Source of the DNA: the human T2T-CHM13v2.0 reference genome, Homo sapiens
Reading direction: 5' to 3' (one strand)
NCBI RefSeq assembly: GCF_009914755.1
Contig: NC_060930.1
DNA: 64,000 nucleotides
The position numbers and the translations under genes are program-made. Shown piece after piece: positions 1-11,313 of the stretch (the first letter of the stretch is position 1; each line of letters opens with the position of its first letter). Under the pieces are notes generated by a model, which ran no database searches, was not told the origin of the DNA, and saw only the letters and a list, made by a program, of their open reading frames with translations.

Positions 1-509
1 AATCATGTTTCAATTAGAAACATAGTTATGTGGTTCTTCATTATATTTTTAGCGTTACTTAAAAATTACACTGCAGAAATGAAAAATGACAGTAAAATCA
101 TTACTATTCCTAAAAGCAACATTCCAAAATGACATTTGCCTACTTTTCAGATTTGTTTGCTGACTTCAGCAAAATTGGATGTTCTATAGATCCAACCACC
201 TTTTGTCTTCTTTTTGTTATTTTAAGATGAAGAAAATAATTTGGGCCAGCATAAAATGTATTACCTATATATTATCTTGTTTTAATATGTTGCTGATGTT
301 AATAATTCATTTTCTTCTAATTTGCTTGTTTTGTTTAAACCTGTAATCTCTGAGACTTCTCAACAGAAACTATTAGATTGATGTGTAACAAACCTAACTC
401 TAAATCTCAACTTCAGTAAATGGCCTGTATTGAATATGAGGTCATTGGAATATTTATCAGCCTATTATATAACTTACCAGTTTCTCAAAACCGAACAAAT
501 ACCATAAAC

Positions 510-531
510 TCCTTAATGGAATTAATTACAG
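510..531 (+). promoter_or_regulatory. Candidate U12-type (minor spliceosome) branch point and 3' splice site
   Basis: TCCTTAAT at 510-517 (consensus TCCTTAAC), about 15 nt before the AG, with no polypyrimidine tract. Confidence 0.65.
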
Positions 532-613
532 CTTTGGTCGTCCAGGAGTAGAATGTTATTGCCAGCATGACAGTGGAGCTGCAGTAATCCAGCTCCAGTT
601 CCTGATTAATGAG
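532..613 (+). CDS. STXBP5: STXBP5 internal coding exon (likely exon 3), 82 nt: (L)FGRPGVECYCQHDSGAAVIQLQFLINE
   Basis: tacag|CTTTGG acceptor and GAG|gttagt donor; translation matches tomosyn N-terminal WD40 sequence as recalled; ends in phase 0, matching the next exon. Confidence 0.95.
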
Positions 614-1669
614 GTTAGTGAATTGTTTTAATCATTTCTACTTATATCCAAAATAGGGCCACTTCTAGTCTTTCAGATTTCTTACATGCATTCACAATTT
701 ATTTACATATTTGAACAAAAATTAATTTATAATGGATCAGAAATAGTAGTAATTCGTTTTAAGGTACCGTCATGGACAGTTACATAAATAATGTAAAATG
801 TTTTCTCAAGACAGTGTTGTAAATTGAAAGGCCTAAGGTAAATGTTTTTGGTAAAAGGTGCTGCATTTAAATTCCAGGGATATTGAATACTGTGTAACAT
901 AGAACTCTATATTAAAATATTTTTTAAAAGATTGAGCTTATTACAAATCAAAGAGTGTGCTTCTTTAATGAATTGCTTTGAAATACAACCAAGAAACCAG
1001 CATTCATTCATTAGAAAGTAGTTTCTGCCCAGAGTTCTTAAATAACACCCAAATGTGTCACTTAATTGCTTTAAGTAATTGATGTTGCCTTTCCTTTTGA
1101 AAGTATAGAAGGAGCTAGAGAAAACAGCATTTTATCGGCATAGGAAACACTGTTTTTGCATATTTTAAGAGCATACGAGCAGCTCAGACAATAGATGTTA
1201 ACTGCAAGTATTGATAGAGAGGGAAAGCTAGTCGTAGAAGGAAGAAAGAGAAATTGCTTCAGAAAAGGCTCTGATCTCCTTAGATATGAGGATAGATTGT
1301 GGACATTATTTTAGTCCCTAAACCCTTAGGCTCCGTGGAATAATTTCTTAAATGTATGTGAGAGAAAATAAATTCCTGAATACCTCTGGCTTTTGATAAA
1401 TGTTATATTCATACCAGAGGATTTAAGAAAGGCATCATGGGTGTAAAAAGATAATTATGACAATGTAAAAACCTCCATAAAACTATAATCCAAATAATTT
1501 GCAGTTGTCTAGATTTTTCAAGGTCAGAGGATGTGTTTTTAAAAACTTCAGTATCCTGTATAGAACTGTATATTAGGCATTTTAAGATGTTAAATTTTTT
1601 TTAATTAAAATGTAGAAAGTTGTCGAAGCCATATATGAAGACTCAGATTATTTTTCCTCCTTTAAATAA

Positions 1670-2390
1670 TGTTTTATTATGGAATCATTATACTCATGGT
1701 TAAGTTTAAAAATAGTTTCAGAGAGAGTCTGTGTACCCTTCTTTTAGCTTCTCCCAATAGTTACATTTTATATAACAATAGTATGATAGCAAACCAGGAA
1801 AATGACATCAAAACAATACTATTAACTAGACTATAGACCTTTATTTAGATTCTCTAGTTCATATATGGACTCATTTGTGTGTTTGTGCATGTAGTTCAGT
1901 TTTATCACATGTACAGATGCATGTAAGGACTACCACATCAAGATACAGGTCAGTTCCCTCAGCACTAAGGGAAAATAAAGAAGTGCCTTCAGCACTAAGG
2001 GAATCCCTTTGTAATTGAACTCCTGCTCACCCTCAGTCCCTGGCAACTATTAACCTGTTCTGTCTTTTTTTTTTTTTTTTTTGAGATGGAGTCTTACTCC
2101 GTCACCCAGGCTGGCATGCAATGGCGTGGTCTTGACTCACTGCAACCTCCGCCTCCCGGGTTCAAATGATTCTTCCACTTCAGCCTCCTGAGTAGCTGGG
2201 ACGACAGGTGCTTGCCACCACACCGGCCAGTTTTTGTATTTTTAGTAGAGACAGGGTTTCACTGTGTTGGCCAGGCTGGTCTCTAACTCCTGACCTCGTG
2301 ATCTGCCTGCCTCAGTCTCCCAAAGTGTTGGGATTGTAGGTGTGAGCCACCACGCCTGACCTGTTCTTCATTTTTATACTTGTGTTAAGA
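1670..2390 (-). mobile_element. Old L1M (L1MC/MD-like) 3' fragment interrupted by an Alu
   Basis: Resembles recalled mammalian L1 3' UTR in antisense (tgtacccttc...ttctcccaat...ggcaactattaacctgttct). Confidence 0.55.
2065..2361 (-). mobile_element. AluS (Sg-like)
   Basis: poly-T followed by a full dimeric antisense Alu; flanking ctgttct repeat. Confidence 0.93.
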
Positions 2391-3375
2391 TTATTTTTTA
2401 AATCAACATTTGAGCCAATGTTAATAAAATGCGGTAAATCATTTACTGTAACCTAAATTTTAGAAATCTTAAATTTATGCTATTTTTATTCATATTAAGT
2501 ATTCTTTTTCTCTTCAATAAGATTGATCATAGACTTCTTTGGAAGGGCCATTTTTTTTGACCTGTTAAATTATAAATACATTATAAATACATAAAGATAG
2601 GGTTTTTTTTGTTTTAAAAAGTGGAAATCTGACAATTAGGTGCACCTATTTGCTTTCAGATTTGGAAAACTATATACTGTATAGGTGAAGGAGCCACCAT
2701 AAGAAGAAGACAGCTATTATTGCTATTTTGGCTCTATGTCTTCTCTTCTTCCTTGAGATTTTAAGATGTGGTAAACATTAAGAAAGAAGATGACATCGCC
2801 TGATATTTGATGGAAATAAGAAATAGCAGTACAAATCTTTGACACCCTAAATCCTTTGAGTTTCTCTACTTCAAAGTGATGTAGATAAAACGATGCTTTT
2901 AGTGAAATGGAGAGAGTGTGGACTTTATGTATTTCTGCTTTCCAGTTGTCATGTCCTGGCAACAGAAGTTACACACTAGGGTAGCCCTCATAGAATTTTG
3001 AAGGTGGAAAGGAGTTGGAGAGATAATTTAATATAAATCTTGTCCTGACAGCTGTTTTAATTCTTCTGAGTAGATGAGAAACTCTTATTTTGAAAGGGGG
3101 AGACTTTACAATTTCTTACAATACCCTAAAAGATTGGTCTTGCAAATCTTTTTTGAAATTAATGTAAATTCTGCATGTTACATCTCTTGTCTTATTCTTT
3201 CAGTATTGATGATAGATTTCTGAGTCCTTTGAGGAAAAACATTCAGATGTCTTAATAAATCAGCTCTAGTCTAGACAGTCTTAATTTTATTCACAATTAT
3301 CACATTGCATTCACAATTTAAATCAGAATCATCTCAAAGGTTTTTCAAAATATACTTCCATAGGTCTTTGCTCTG

Positions 3376-3805
3376 TGTCTTTGGCCATTTTCTGTTGCTA
3401 CAACTGAATACCTGAGTCTGGGTAATTTATAAAGAAAGAAATTTATTTAACTTTTGATTCTGGAGGCTGGGAAGTCTAAGACTGAGCAGCTGCATCTGGC
3501 TGACTTCTGGTGAGGGTCTCATGCTGCCTCATAACATGGTAGAGAAGCAGAAAGGGAAGCTGGTGCATGCCAGGAGAGCAAAGAGGTCAGCCTCACTTTA
3601 TAACAACTCACTAGCATAAGAACTAATCCATCCTGTGAGGGAAAGAACTCCCTCCCTCCCTGGAGACTGCATTAAACCCTTCACAGAGGCAGATCTTTTA
3701 TGACCCAAATGAGGGATGGTTCACCACCTCTCAACACCACTTCACTGGCAATTAAATTTCAACATGATGCGTTTTGGCATTGCAAACCACGTCTAAACCA
3801 TAGCA
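3376..3805 (-). mobile_element. MaLR solo LTR (MLT1A/MST-like) inserted in a MER5-like fragment
   Basis: ctgggtaatttataaag...ctggaggctgggaagtc motif; 5-bp TSD CTCTG at 3371-3375 and 3806-3810. Confidence 0.88.
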
Positions 3806-4455
3806 CTCTGGAAATTCTGATTTGTTGGGTTTGGGTGAGAACGAGCCACTTAAATGATTCTCAAATACTGCCAGGCCTTTTCTTCCCTATAAATAATAAT
3901 ATTTAGTTGTATCAGACATTTTAACATTCTAAATTAGTCAGATTTCAAACCTTCAGACATGGAGGTTACAGTGTGCCAAATGCTATGTTTATTTTCCGTA
4001 CCATTCTAGTAGTAGAATTATGATCTGGGTATAGTACTTCCATAAGAATTTGTCTTAAGCCAAATGAAATGTGGAGGTTACTTCATACCATGTTTTGCTC
4101 TGCTAATCAAGGAAGTATGTACAATAGTTACAAAGTAACTTACAGTCTGACCTCTAATTTTAAATAACTAGATCTTAACCATACTAATCCACTAGATCCT
4201 AGTATAGTTTTGGCTTATGAGATACTAAATTATACTTTAAAGTATTGAAGAAGTTAACGTATTTACATGCATGTAATACACGTACACTTTTTACATCTGC
4301 TGTTTTGAATTTGAATGAGGCAAATGTTTCTTAGATCTAAATCTGTTGGCAGAAAGTTTTGAAATTTGGGAAGGAGATATTTCTGGCAGCTATTGAGTAG
4401 ACTTCATGTTTATAAAATATATTATACATGAAATGTGTTATACTTGATTTTTAAG

Positions 4456-4556
4456 GGAGCGCTTGTGAGTGCCTTGGCTGATGACACCTTACACTTATGG
4501 AATTTACGTCAGAAGAGGCCTGCCATACTACATTCGCTTAAATTTTGCAGAGAAAG
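4456..4556 (+). CDS. STXBP5: STXBP5 coding exon (likely exon 4), 101 nt: GALVSALADDTLHLWNLRQKRPAILHSLKFCRE(R)
   Basis: tttaag|GGA acceptor, AG|gtaaga donor; WD40-type LHLWN motif; phase 0 to 2. Confidence 0.96.
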
Positions 4557-5230
4557 GTAAGAATTCTCCCAGTTATCTTATGTATAGGATATTTACTATT
4601 ATATTTTCTTGAATTTCAGTCTTTGATTTTTTGTGTGTGATGGACCTTATGCACAATCTAAAAACTGATTCAGAAGCTTCAAAGGATATACAATAAAAGC
4701 AAGATTCCTTCTTTTTTAGATCCATCTTACTTTCTTCAGCAACCACATAAATTTCTTTTGTGTCCTTCTGGAAGGATTTACAGTGTATGTATAAAAGAAA
4801 AAATCTCTGTATAGCTCCCCTGCTTTTTTTTGCATAAAAGGGAAGCTATTACATATTCTTCCTGTAACTTGTATTTACTTAACATATCCCATAGATTGTC
4901 TCATATCAGCACATTTAAATCTTCCTGAATCATTTTCATAACTACATAATATTCTGTTCTATATAAGTGCCATAATTTATTCAGCCATTCCTCATCAGTG
5001 GACACATAATCATTTTCAGTCTGCTGTTCATTTTACTCTGTTGTGATGTTATGTTACATATGTCTTTGTCTACATATACAAGTATATCCATAAGATAAAT
5101 TTGTAGAAGTAGGTTAGCTTGGTCATAGAAATCTCTTCTAATATGACTTGTGAATTTGGGGCTTTGATTGGAAAAACTTTTTCACCCCAATTTGATTAAT
5201 CATCATCCCCTATATGTTTTTGTGGTACTC

Positions 5231-5527
5231 TTTTTTTTTTTTTTCTGAGACCTGGTCTTGCTCTGTCGCCCAGGCTGGAGTGCAGTGGCATGATCTGGGC
5301 TCACTGCAACCTCTGCCCCCCAGGTTCAAGTGATTCTCATGCCTCAGCCTCCTGAGTATCTGGGACTATAGCATGCACCACAACACCTGGCTAATTTTTG
5401 TATTTTTAGTAGAGACGGGGTTTCGCCATGTTGGCCAGGCTGGTCTCGAACTCCTGACCTCAAGTGATCTGCCCGCCTCAGCCTCCCAAAGAGCTGGGAT
5501 TACAGGCATGAGCCACCAAGCCTGGCC
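5231..5527 (-). mobile_element. AluS (Sx/Sz-like)
   Basis: Full antisense Alu; TSD tttgt(g/a)gtactct. Confidence 0.94.
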
Positions 5528-6801
5528 TTTGTAGTACTCTTAAAGTTTTATTTTTTATACTTAATCTTTGATTTATATGGAACTTATTTTGGCACGAAAT
5601 ATGAGTAAGGATATAGTCCCTTCCCTCAATAGTTTTGAGAGACATATATTGTTTATCTTGTATACATGTGTAGTTGTATATATGTATGTATATAATATTT
5701 ATGTAGTTAGCATTAAAAGCACAATCTTTTTTAATATATATTTTGAGGAAATTTTTAAAATTTTGAATCTTATAGGAATACCAAAATGGAAGTACTTGAT
5801 TCTTTTATTTTAATTTCTAAGGAAAAGTTGATTTGTTTTCTCAAGTGGCTACTTTTTTCCAGTCAAGTTTTAGTTTTTAATGTCTAAAATTTTGGTTAAA
5901 ACCTGTTGACAATAAAGGTGGAAGAAGAGAATGTGAGAACAGTATAGTTATAACAACTGTAATAACAGTAGAGGTAAGAAGTGTGAACTTAAAGTAGAGG
6001 AAGGAAACCTGTGAGCTCTAGGGTTTTATCTTAGATTGTCTTACTTGATTCTCATGACATTTCATGGAATTAGTGAGAAACGTGGTTTGGGAGAAACGAA
6101 ACTTGGAATAAGGCAAAGAGTAAAAAGCAAGCATAGAGACTAGAGAGTTGGGAGATGTAAGGAAAGATAGGTATAATCACAGCTAAGTCATGATGAGGTA
6201 ACTGGTGACTTTTTTGACATAGTAGGTACTTAGTAAGTATTTGATTGTTAAACAGAAAATGGGATATCTTGAAGTTTGTAGTTGTAGTCTTAGGTCTGTC
6301 TCTCTATTTCTAACTCTTACTGTATTATGATACCCAAAACAGGGAACCATATCACATTTCTTTGATTTTAACTTGCACAGTTTTTAAATTAACAGACTTT
6401 ATTTTTAGAACAATTTTAGATTTATAGAATAATTGAGCAGATACTACAGAGAATTTCCATATACCTCATATACCACCCTCATTCCAACTCAATCTCCCCA
6501 TTCATGGTGTTCTCTGATATTAACATGCATTAGTGTGGTAAGTTTGTTACAGTTAATGAACGAAAATTGATACATTGTTGTTAACTAATGTTCATAACAT
6601 AATAAGGTTCACTATTTGTGTTGAACAATTCTATGTATTTTGACAAATGCGTAATGTCATGTATCTACCATTACAGTATCATGTGGAATAGTTTCACTGA
6701 CCGAAAAACCAATATGTGTCACCTGTTTATCCATACCCCTGTCAGCCACTGATCTGTTTCCTGTCTCTGTAGTTTTTGCTTTTTCCAAAATGTCATATAT
6801 A

Positions 6802-8127
6802 TAGCCATGTGTTGCATAACGATGTTACACTCAGTGACAATTGTATATATGATGGTGGTCCCAAAAGATTATAATGGAGCTGAAATACTCCTATAGATTA
6901 GGGATGTTATAGCTGTCATAACATCATAGCATCTTATAGATTAGAGATGTTATAGCTGTCATAACATCATAGCATCTTATAGATTAGGGATGTTATAGCT
7001 GTCATAACATCATAGCATCTTATAGATTAGGGATGTTATAGCTGTCATAACATCATAGCATCTTAGTGCAATACATTATTCACATGTTTGTAGTAATACT
7101 AGTATAAACTAACCTATTGTGCTACCAGTTGTCTAAAAGTATAGCACATATAATTGTGTACAGTACATAATATTTGATAATGATAACAAATGACTGTTAC
7201 TGTCATATATTTATTAGAATACACATTTTATTATTTTAGAGTTTATTCCTTCTACTTATTTAAGAAAAACAGCCTCAGGCAGGTCCTTCAGGAAATATTC
7301 CAGAAGGCATTGTTATCATAGGAGATGATCACTCAGTGTGTGTTACTGTCCCTGAAGACCTTCTAGTGGGACAAGATCTAGAGGTGGAAGACAGTGAGAT
7401 TGATGATCCTGATCCTGTGTAGGCCTAGGCTAATGTGTGTGACTGTGTCTTAGTTTTAAAAAAAAAAAAAAGTTTAAAAAGTAAAAGTAAAAATAAATTA
7501 AACATATAAAAAAGCTTATGGAATAAGGATATAAAGAAAAAATTATATAGTTTTACATTGTGTTTGTAAGTGAAGGGTTATTATAAAAGAGTCAAAAAGT
7601 GAAAACATTTAAAATGTTTATGACGTAAAGTTTACAGTAAGCTAAGGTTAATTTATTATTGAAGAAAGAAATTTTTAAAAATAAATTTAGCCTGGACTAA
7701 GAGTCCAGTGTTTATAAAGTCTACACTAGGGTACAGTAATGTCCTAGGTCTTCACAGTCACTTACCACTGACAGACTCACCCAGAGCAACTTCCATTCCT
7801 GCAAGCTCCGTTCATGATAACTGCCCTCTATAGGTGTACTATTTTTTAATCTTTTATACTACATTTTTACTGTACCTTTTTATGTTTAGATACACAGATA
7901 CTTAACCTTTGTGTTACAGTTGCCTACAGTATTCAATATGTAATACGCAGTAACATGCTTTCCAGGTTTGTAGCTTAGGAGCAATAGGCTGTACTATACA
8001 GCCTAGGTGTGTAGTAGGCTATACCATCTAGGTTCGTGTAAGTATGCTCTATGATGTTCACACAATGTTGAACTCACCTGCTGATGGGCTTCTTAGAACA
8101 TAGCCATCTGTAAGTGACACATGACTG
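6802..8127 (+). mobile_element. Tigger3b-type TcMar-Tigger DNA transposon
   Basis: Ends resemble the cagtcatg.../...catgactg TIRs; internal ggtggtcccaaaagattataatggagctgaaa and ggcaggtccttcagga motifs. Confidence 0.88.
6891..7065. repeat. Minisatellite, 4 x 43 bp (TTATAGATTAGGGATGTTATAGCTGTCATAACATCATAGCATC)
   Basis: Units start at 6891, 6934, 6977 and 7020 and are nearly identical. Confidence 0.97.
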
Positions 8128-9273
8128 TCATTGGAATCATACATATAGCATGTAGCTTTTTTAGACTTCTTTCACTGAGCAATATGCATTTAATGTTACT
8201 AGTCTTCTGGCTTGCTAAGTCATTTCTTTTTATCAGTAAATTTCTTTTACAAATGTAACAGTTTGTATTTCCATTCACCTATTGAAGGATATCTTGGTTT
8301 TTGCTTTTTTTGGCCATTATGAATAAAGCTGTTATAAATATTCACATGCAGTTTTTTTGTGGATGTACATTTTCAACACAGTTGGATACCTGGGAGTGCT
8401 ATTGCTGGATCATATGCTAGACTATCTTTGGCTTTGTGAAAACTGCCAAGCTGTCTTCCTTAATGGCTATACTATTTTGCATTCCCACTAGCATTGAATA
8501 AGAGGTCCTTTTGCTCCATATCCTTACTAACATTTGGTATTGCCAGTTAATGGACGTTAGCCATTTTAATACCTGTGTAGTGTTACCTCATTGTTATTTT
8601 AATTTGCGGTTCCCTAGTGACACATGATATGGGTTATCTTTTCATATTCTTCTTTGTTTCATGTGCTGCTTTGATGAGTTGTCCAGATTTTTTGCCCATT
8701 TTTAAGTTGGGCTGTTTGTTTCTTACTGATAAATTTTAATAATTCTTTGTATGTTTTGGGTACCTTTATCAGATAGGTATTTTACAAATATTTTGTCCTA
8801 GTCTGTGACTTTTATTTTTATTCTCTGCACAGTGTCTTTGTAGAGCAGATATTTCCTATTTAATTAAGTTTAGCTTATTAATTTTTCTTTCAGAGATTAC
8901 ACTTTTGGGGTTTATATCTAAAACATCCATCACCAAACTCAAGATCACTACCTAGATTGCCTCCTGTGTTATGTTGTAGAAGTTTTAGAGTTTTGCATTT
9001 TACATTTAGATCTGTGATCCATGTTGATTTAAATTTTTTGAAATATATATAAGTTCTATGTCTAGAGTTTTTTTTCTTTTTTTAATTCTTTTTTTTGCTT
9101 ATGATTGTCCAGTTGTTCCAGAACCATTTGTTGAAAAGATTATCTGTTTCCCATTGAATTGTATTTGCTCCTTTATCAGGGAGCAATTTACTGTATTTAA
9201 GTAGATCTATTTCTGGTTGTCTATTCTGTTTAAGATAGATCAATTAATCTATTTGTCTGTTATTTTTCTAATA

Positions 9274-9571
9274 CAATCAGCTTTTTGTATCTATGGGATC
9301 CACATCTGGATTCAACCATCAGCAGACTGAAAATATTTGGGGGAAAAATAAAAAGATAATAAAAATAAAAATACAAGATAGCAATCATTTACTTAGCATT
9401 TAAATTGTATTAAGTATTAGAAGTAATCAAGAGATTATTTAATGTGCATAGGATGTGCATAGGCTATATGCAAATACGATACAGTTTTATATAAGGGACT
9501 TGAGCATTATTGGATTTTGGTATCAGAGGGGTTTCTGTAACCAATCCCTCACAGATATGGAGGGATGACTG
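9274..9571. mobile_element. MER2 (Tigger-family MITE)
   Basis: ggattcaacc...atgcaaatac...agggacttgagcat...gagggatgactg pattern. Confidence 0.85.
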
Positions 9572-10272
9572 ATTGACTTGATTACTGTAGTTTTGTAGCA
9601 AGTTGAAGATGGGTAGTGTCAGCCCTCCGACTTTGGTCTTCTTGTTCAGTATTATGTTGGCTATTACGGGTTTTATGCCTTTTCATATAAACTTTAGAAT
9701 CAGTTTGTCAATATCCACACAATAGCTTGCTAGGATTTTGATTTGGCTTTTTGAAAGAGGACTATTGACTGTAGCATTTACTTATTTTGTACTTTTAACA
9801 TTTTTACGTCTCCGAAATTGCAATGTTTTTATTAATGAATGGTGTCTTATAATTAATTGAAAATGTTTTGTGAATTTTGTTAATACTAAATAAAAATAAT
9901 GGCATGCCCTAGCGTCAATAGCATTTAGAATCAGTGAAATACAGTTTTTGGTGATTTTGAAATTACATGAAATGACAGTTTGTAATTAATTTGAAGCATT
10001 TGTAGTGGACTTTCTGATTATGAGTTTTATGACCTACCAGTGGTTTTCCTTCAACACTTTGAAGTTGTTATTCCACGATTTTCTGCCCTCCTTTTTTGTT
10101 TCTATGAGAAATTAGTGGTTGTTTGAATTTTTACTCCCCTGTGTGAAATGAGTCCTATTTCTCTGGCTGCTTTCAAAATTATCACTTTATCTTTGGTTTT
10201 TAGCACTTTGGCATTGATATGCCTAGCTATTATTTTCTTCATATTTATACTGCTTGAGGTTTGCTGAGCTGC

Positions 10273-10447
10273 TTTTTTTTTTTTTTTTTTTTTTTTAGAG
10301 GGAATCTTGGTCTGTTGCCCAGGCTGGAGTTCAGTGGCGTGATCTTGGCTCACTGCAATCTCTGCCTCCTGGGTTCAAGCGATTCTTCTGAGCCTCACGA
10401 GTAGCTGGGATTACAGGTGCCCACCACCAAGCCTGGCTAATTTTTCT
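10273..10447 (-). mobile_element. Alu right arm only, abutting an MLT1 LTR end (about 10455-10554)
   Basis: poly-T and right monomer stop at the middle A-rich linker; then ctccaaatactgtcacattct...ggttaggacttc...acaattcagc MLT1 terminus. Confidence 0.8.
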
Positions 10448-10867
10448 TTGAATTGAAGGCACTGTCTCCAAATACTGTCACATTCTTGGGTACTGGGGGG
10501 TTAGGACTTCACCATATAATTGAGGAGGGCAGCACACAATTCAGCTGTAAAACAAAAGTAGGCTAAAACCAACCAGGATGCAAGATGGAATTTTTTTAAA
10601 TCAGCAAACAAAAGAAAAAGTAAATATACTTTGAAAGTTGAGGAAAAACATACAATTTTAAATATCCTCCTTAATTAGCATGTAGCTTATTATGCCAATT
10701 GCCAGACTCAGCTCAGGGATTTGTCTGCTGTATAATTTTTATCACAGGGACAAATTTGCCGATAGTAGTAGCTACAGCATCTCAATCTTCTGTAGCCTGA
10801 AAGGAATTGGTAGCAACAGTATGTCATAGTAGAATACTAGGGGTGTGTACTTTACTTACCTGTCCTC

Positions 10868-11313
10868 TGTTACAGATTGAATTGTTTTCCCAGAAAAGAT
10901 AATCTTAAAGTCCTAACCCCTGGTACCTATGAATGTGACCTTAGTTAGAAATGGAGTCTTGGCAGATGTAGTCAAGTTAATATGAGATTATTAAGGTGGA
11001 GACTAATCTGGTGTCCACATAAGAAGAGTTGAAGATACACAGACACAGAAACTCAGACAATACCATGTGATGAAGGAGGTAGAAACTGAGTGATGCAGCT
11101 ATAAGCCAAGGAATGCAAAGGATAGCTGCCGATACCAGCAACTAGGGGAGAGGCATGCAACAGATTCTCCCCTAGAGCCATCAGAGAGGGCAGCGCCCTG
11201 CTGACACCTTCATCTCAGACTTCTGGCCTCCAGAACTGTGAGAGAATCAATTCCTGTTGTTTTAAGCCACCCATGCTGTGGTGATTTGTTTTGGCAGCTC
11301 TAGGAAACACATA
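10868..11313 (+). mobile_element. MLT1C-like MaLR solo LTR
   Basis: gtcctaacccctggtacctatgaatgtgacctta...aagccaaggaatgc...cctccagaactgtgagaga motifs. Confidence 0.9.

Larger units (their letters stand above)
6380..10270 (-). mobile_element. Old L1M element (3' UTR, ORF2 remnants, ORF1 remnant) interrupted by Tigger3 and MER2
   Basis: Antisense L1 motifs such as tttgcattcccactagc and gaaccatttgttgaaaag; ORF 10102..10353(-) ends in ORF1-like IIARHINAKVLKTKDKVIILKAARE. Confidence 0.8.

Noticed and set aside
1955-2005. Short local duplications (CAGCACTAAGGGAA twice; similar 10-17 bp repeats near 30947, 36120, 57567, 62995)
   Set aside because: Common slippage scars with no shared motif or spacing between them
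6891-7065. CRISPR-like array of palindromic repeats
   Set aside because: Units are head-to-tail with no unique spacers, there are no cas genes, and it lies in a Tigger3 fossil in primate DNA
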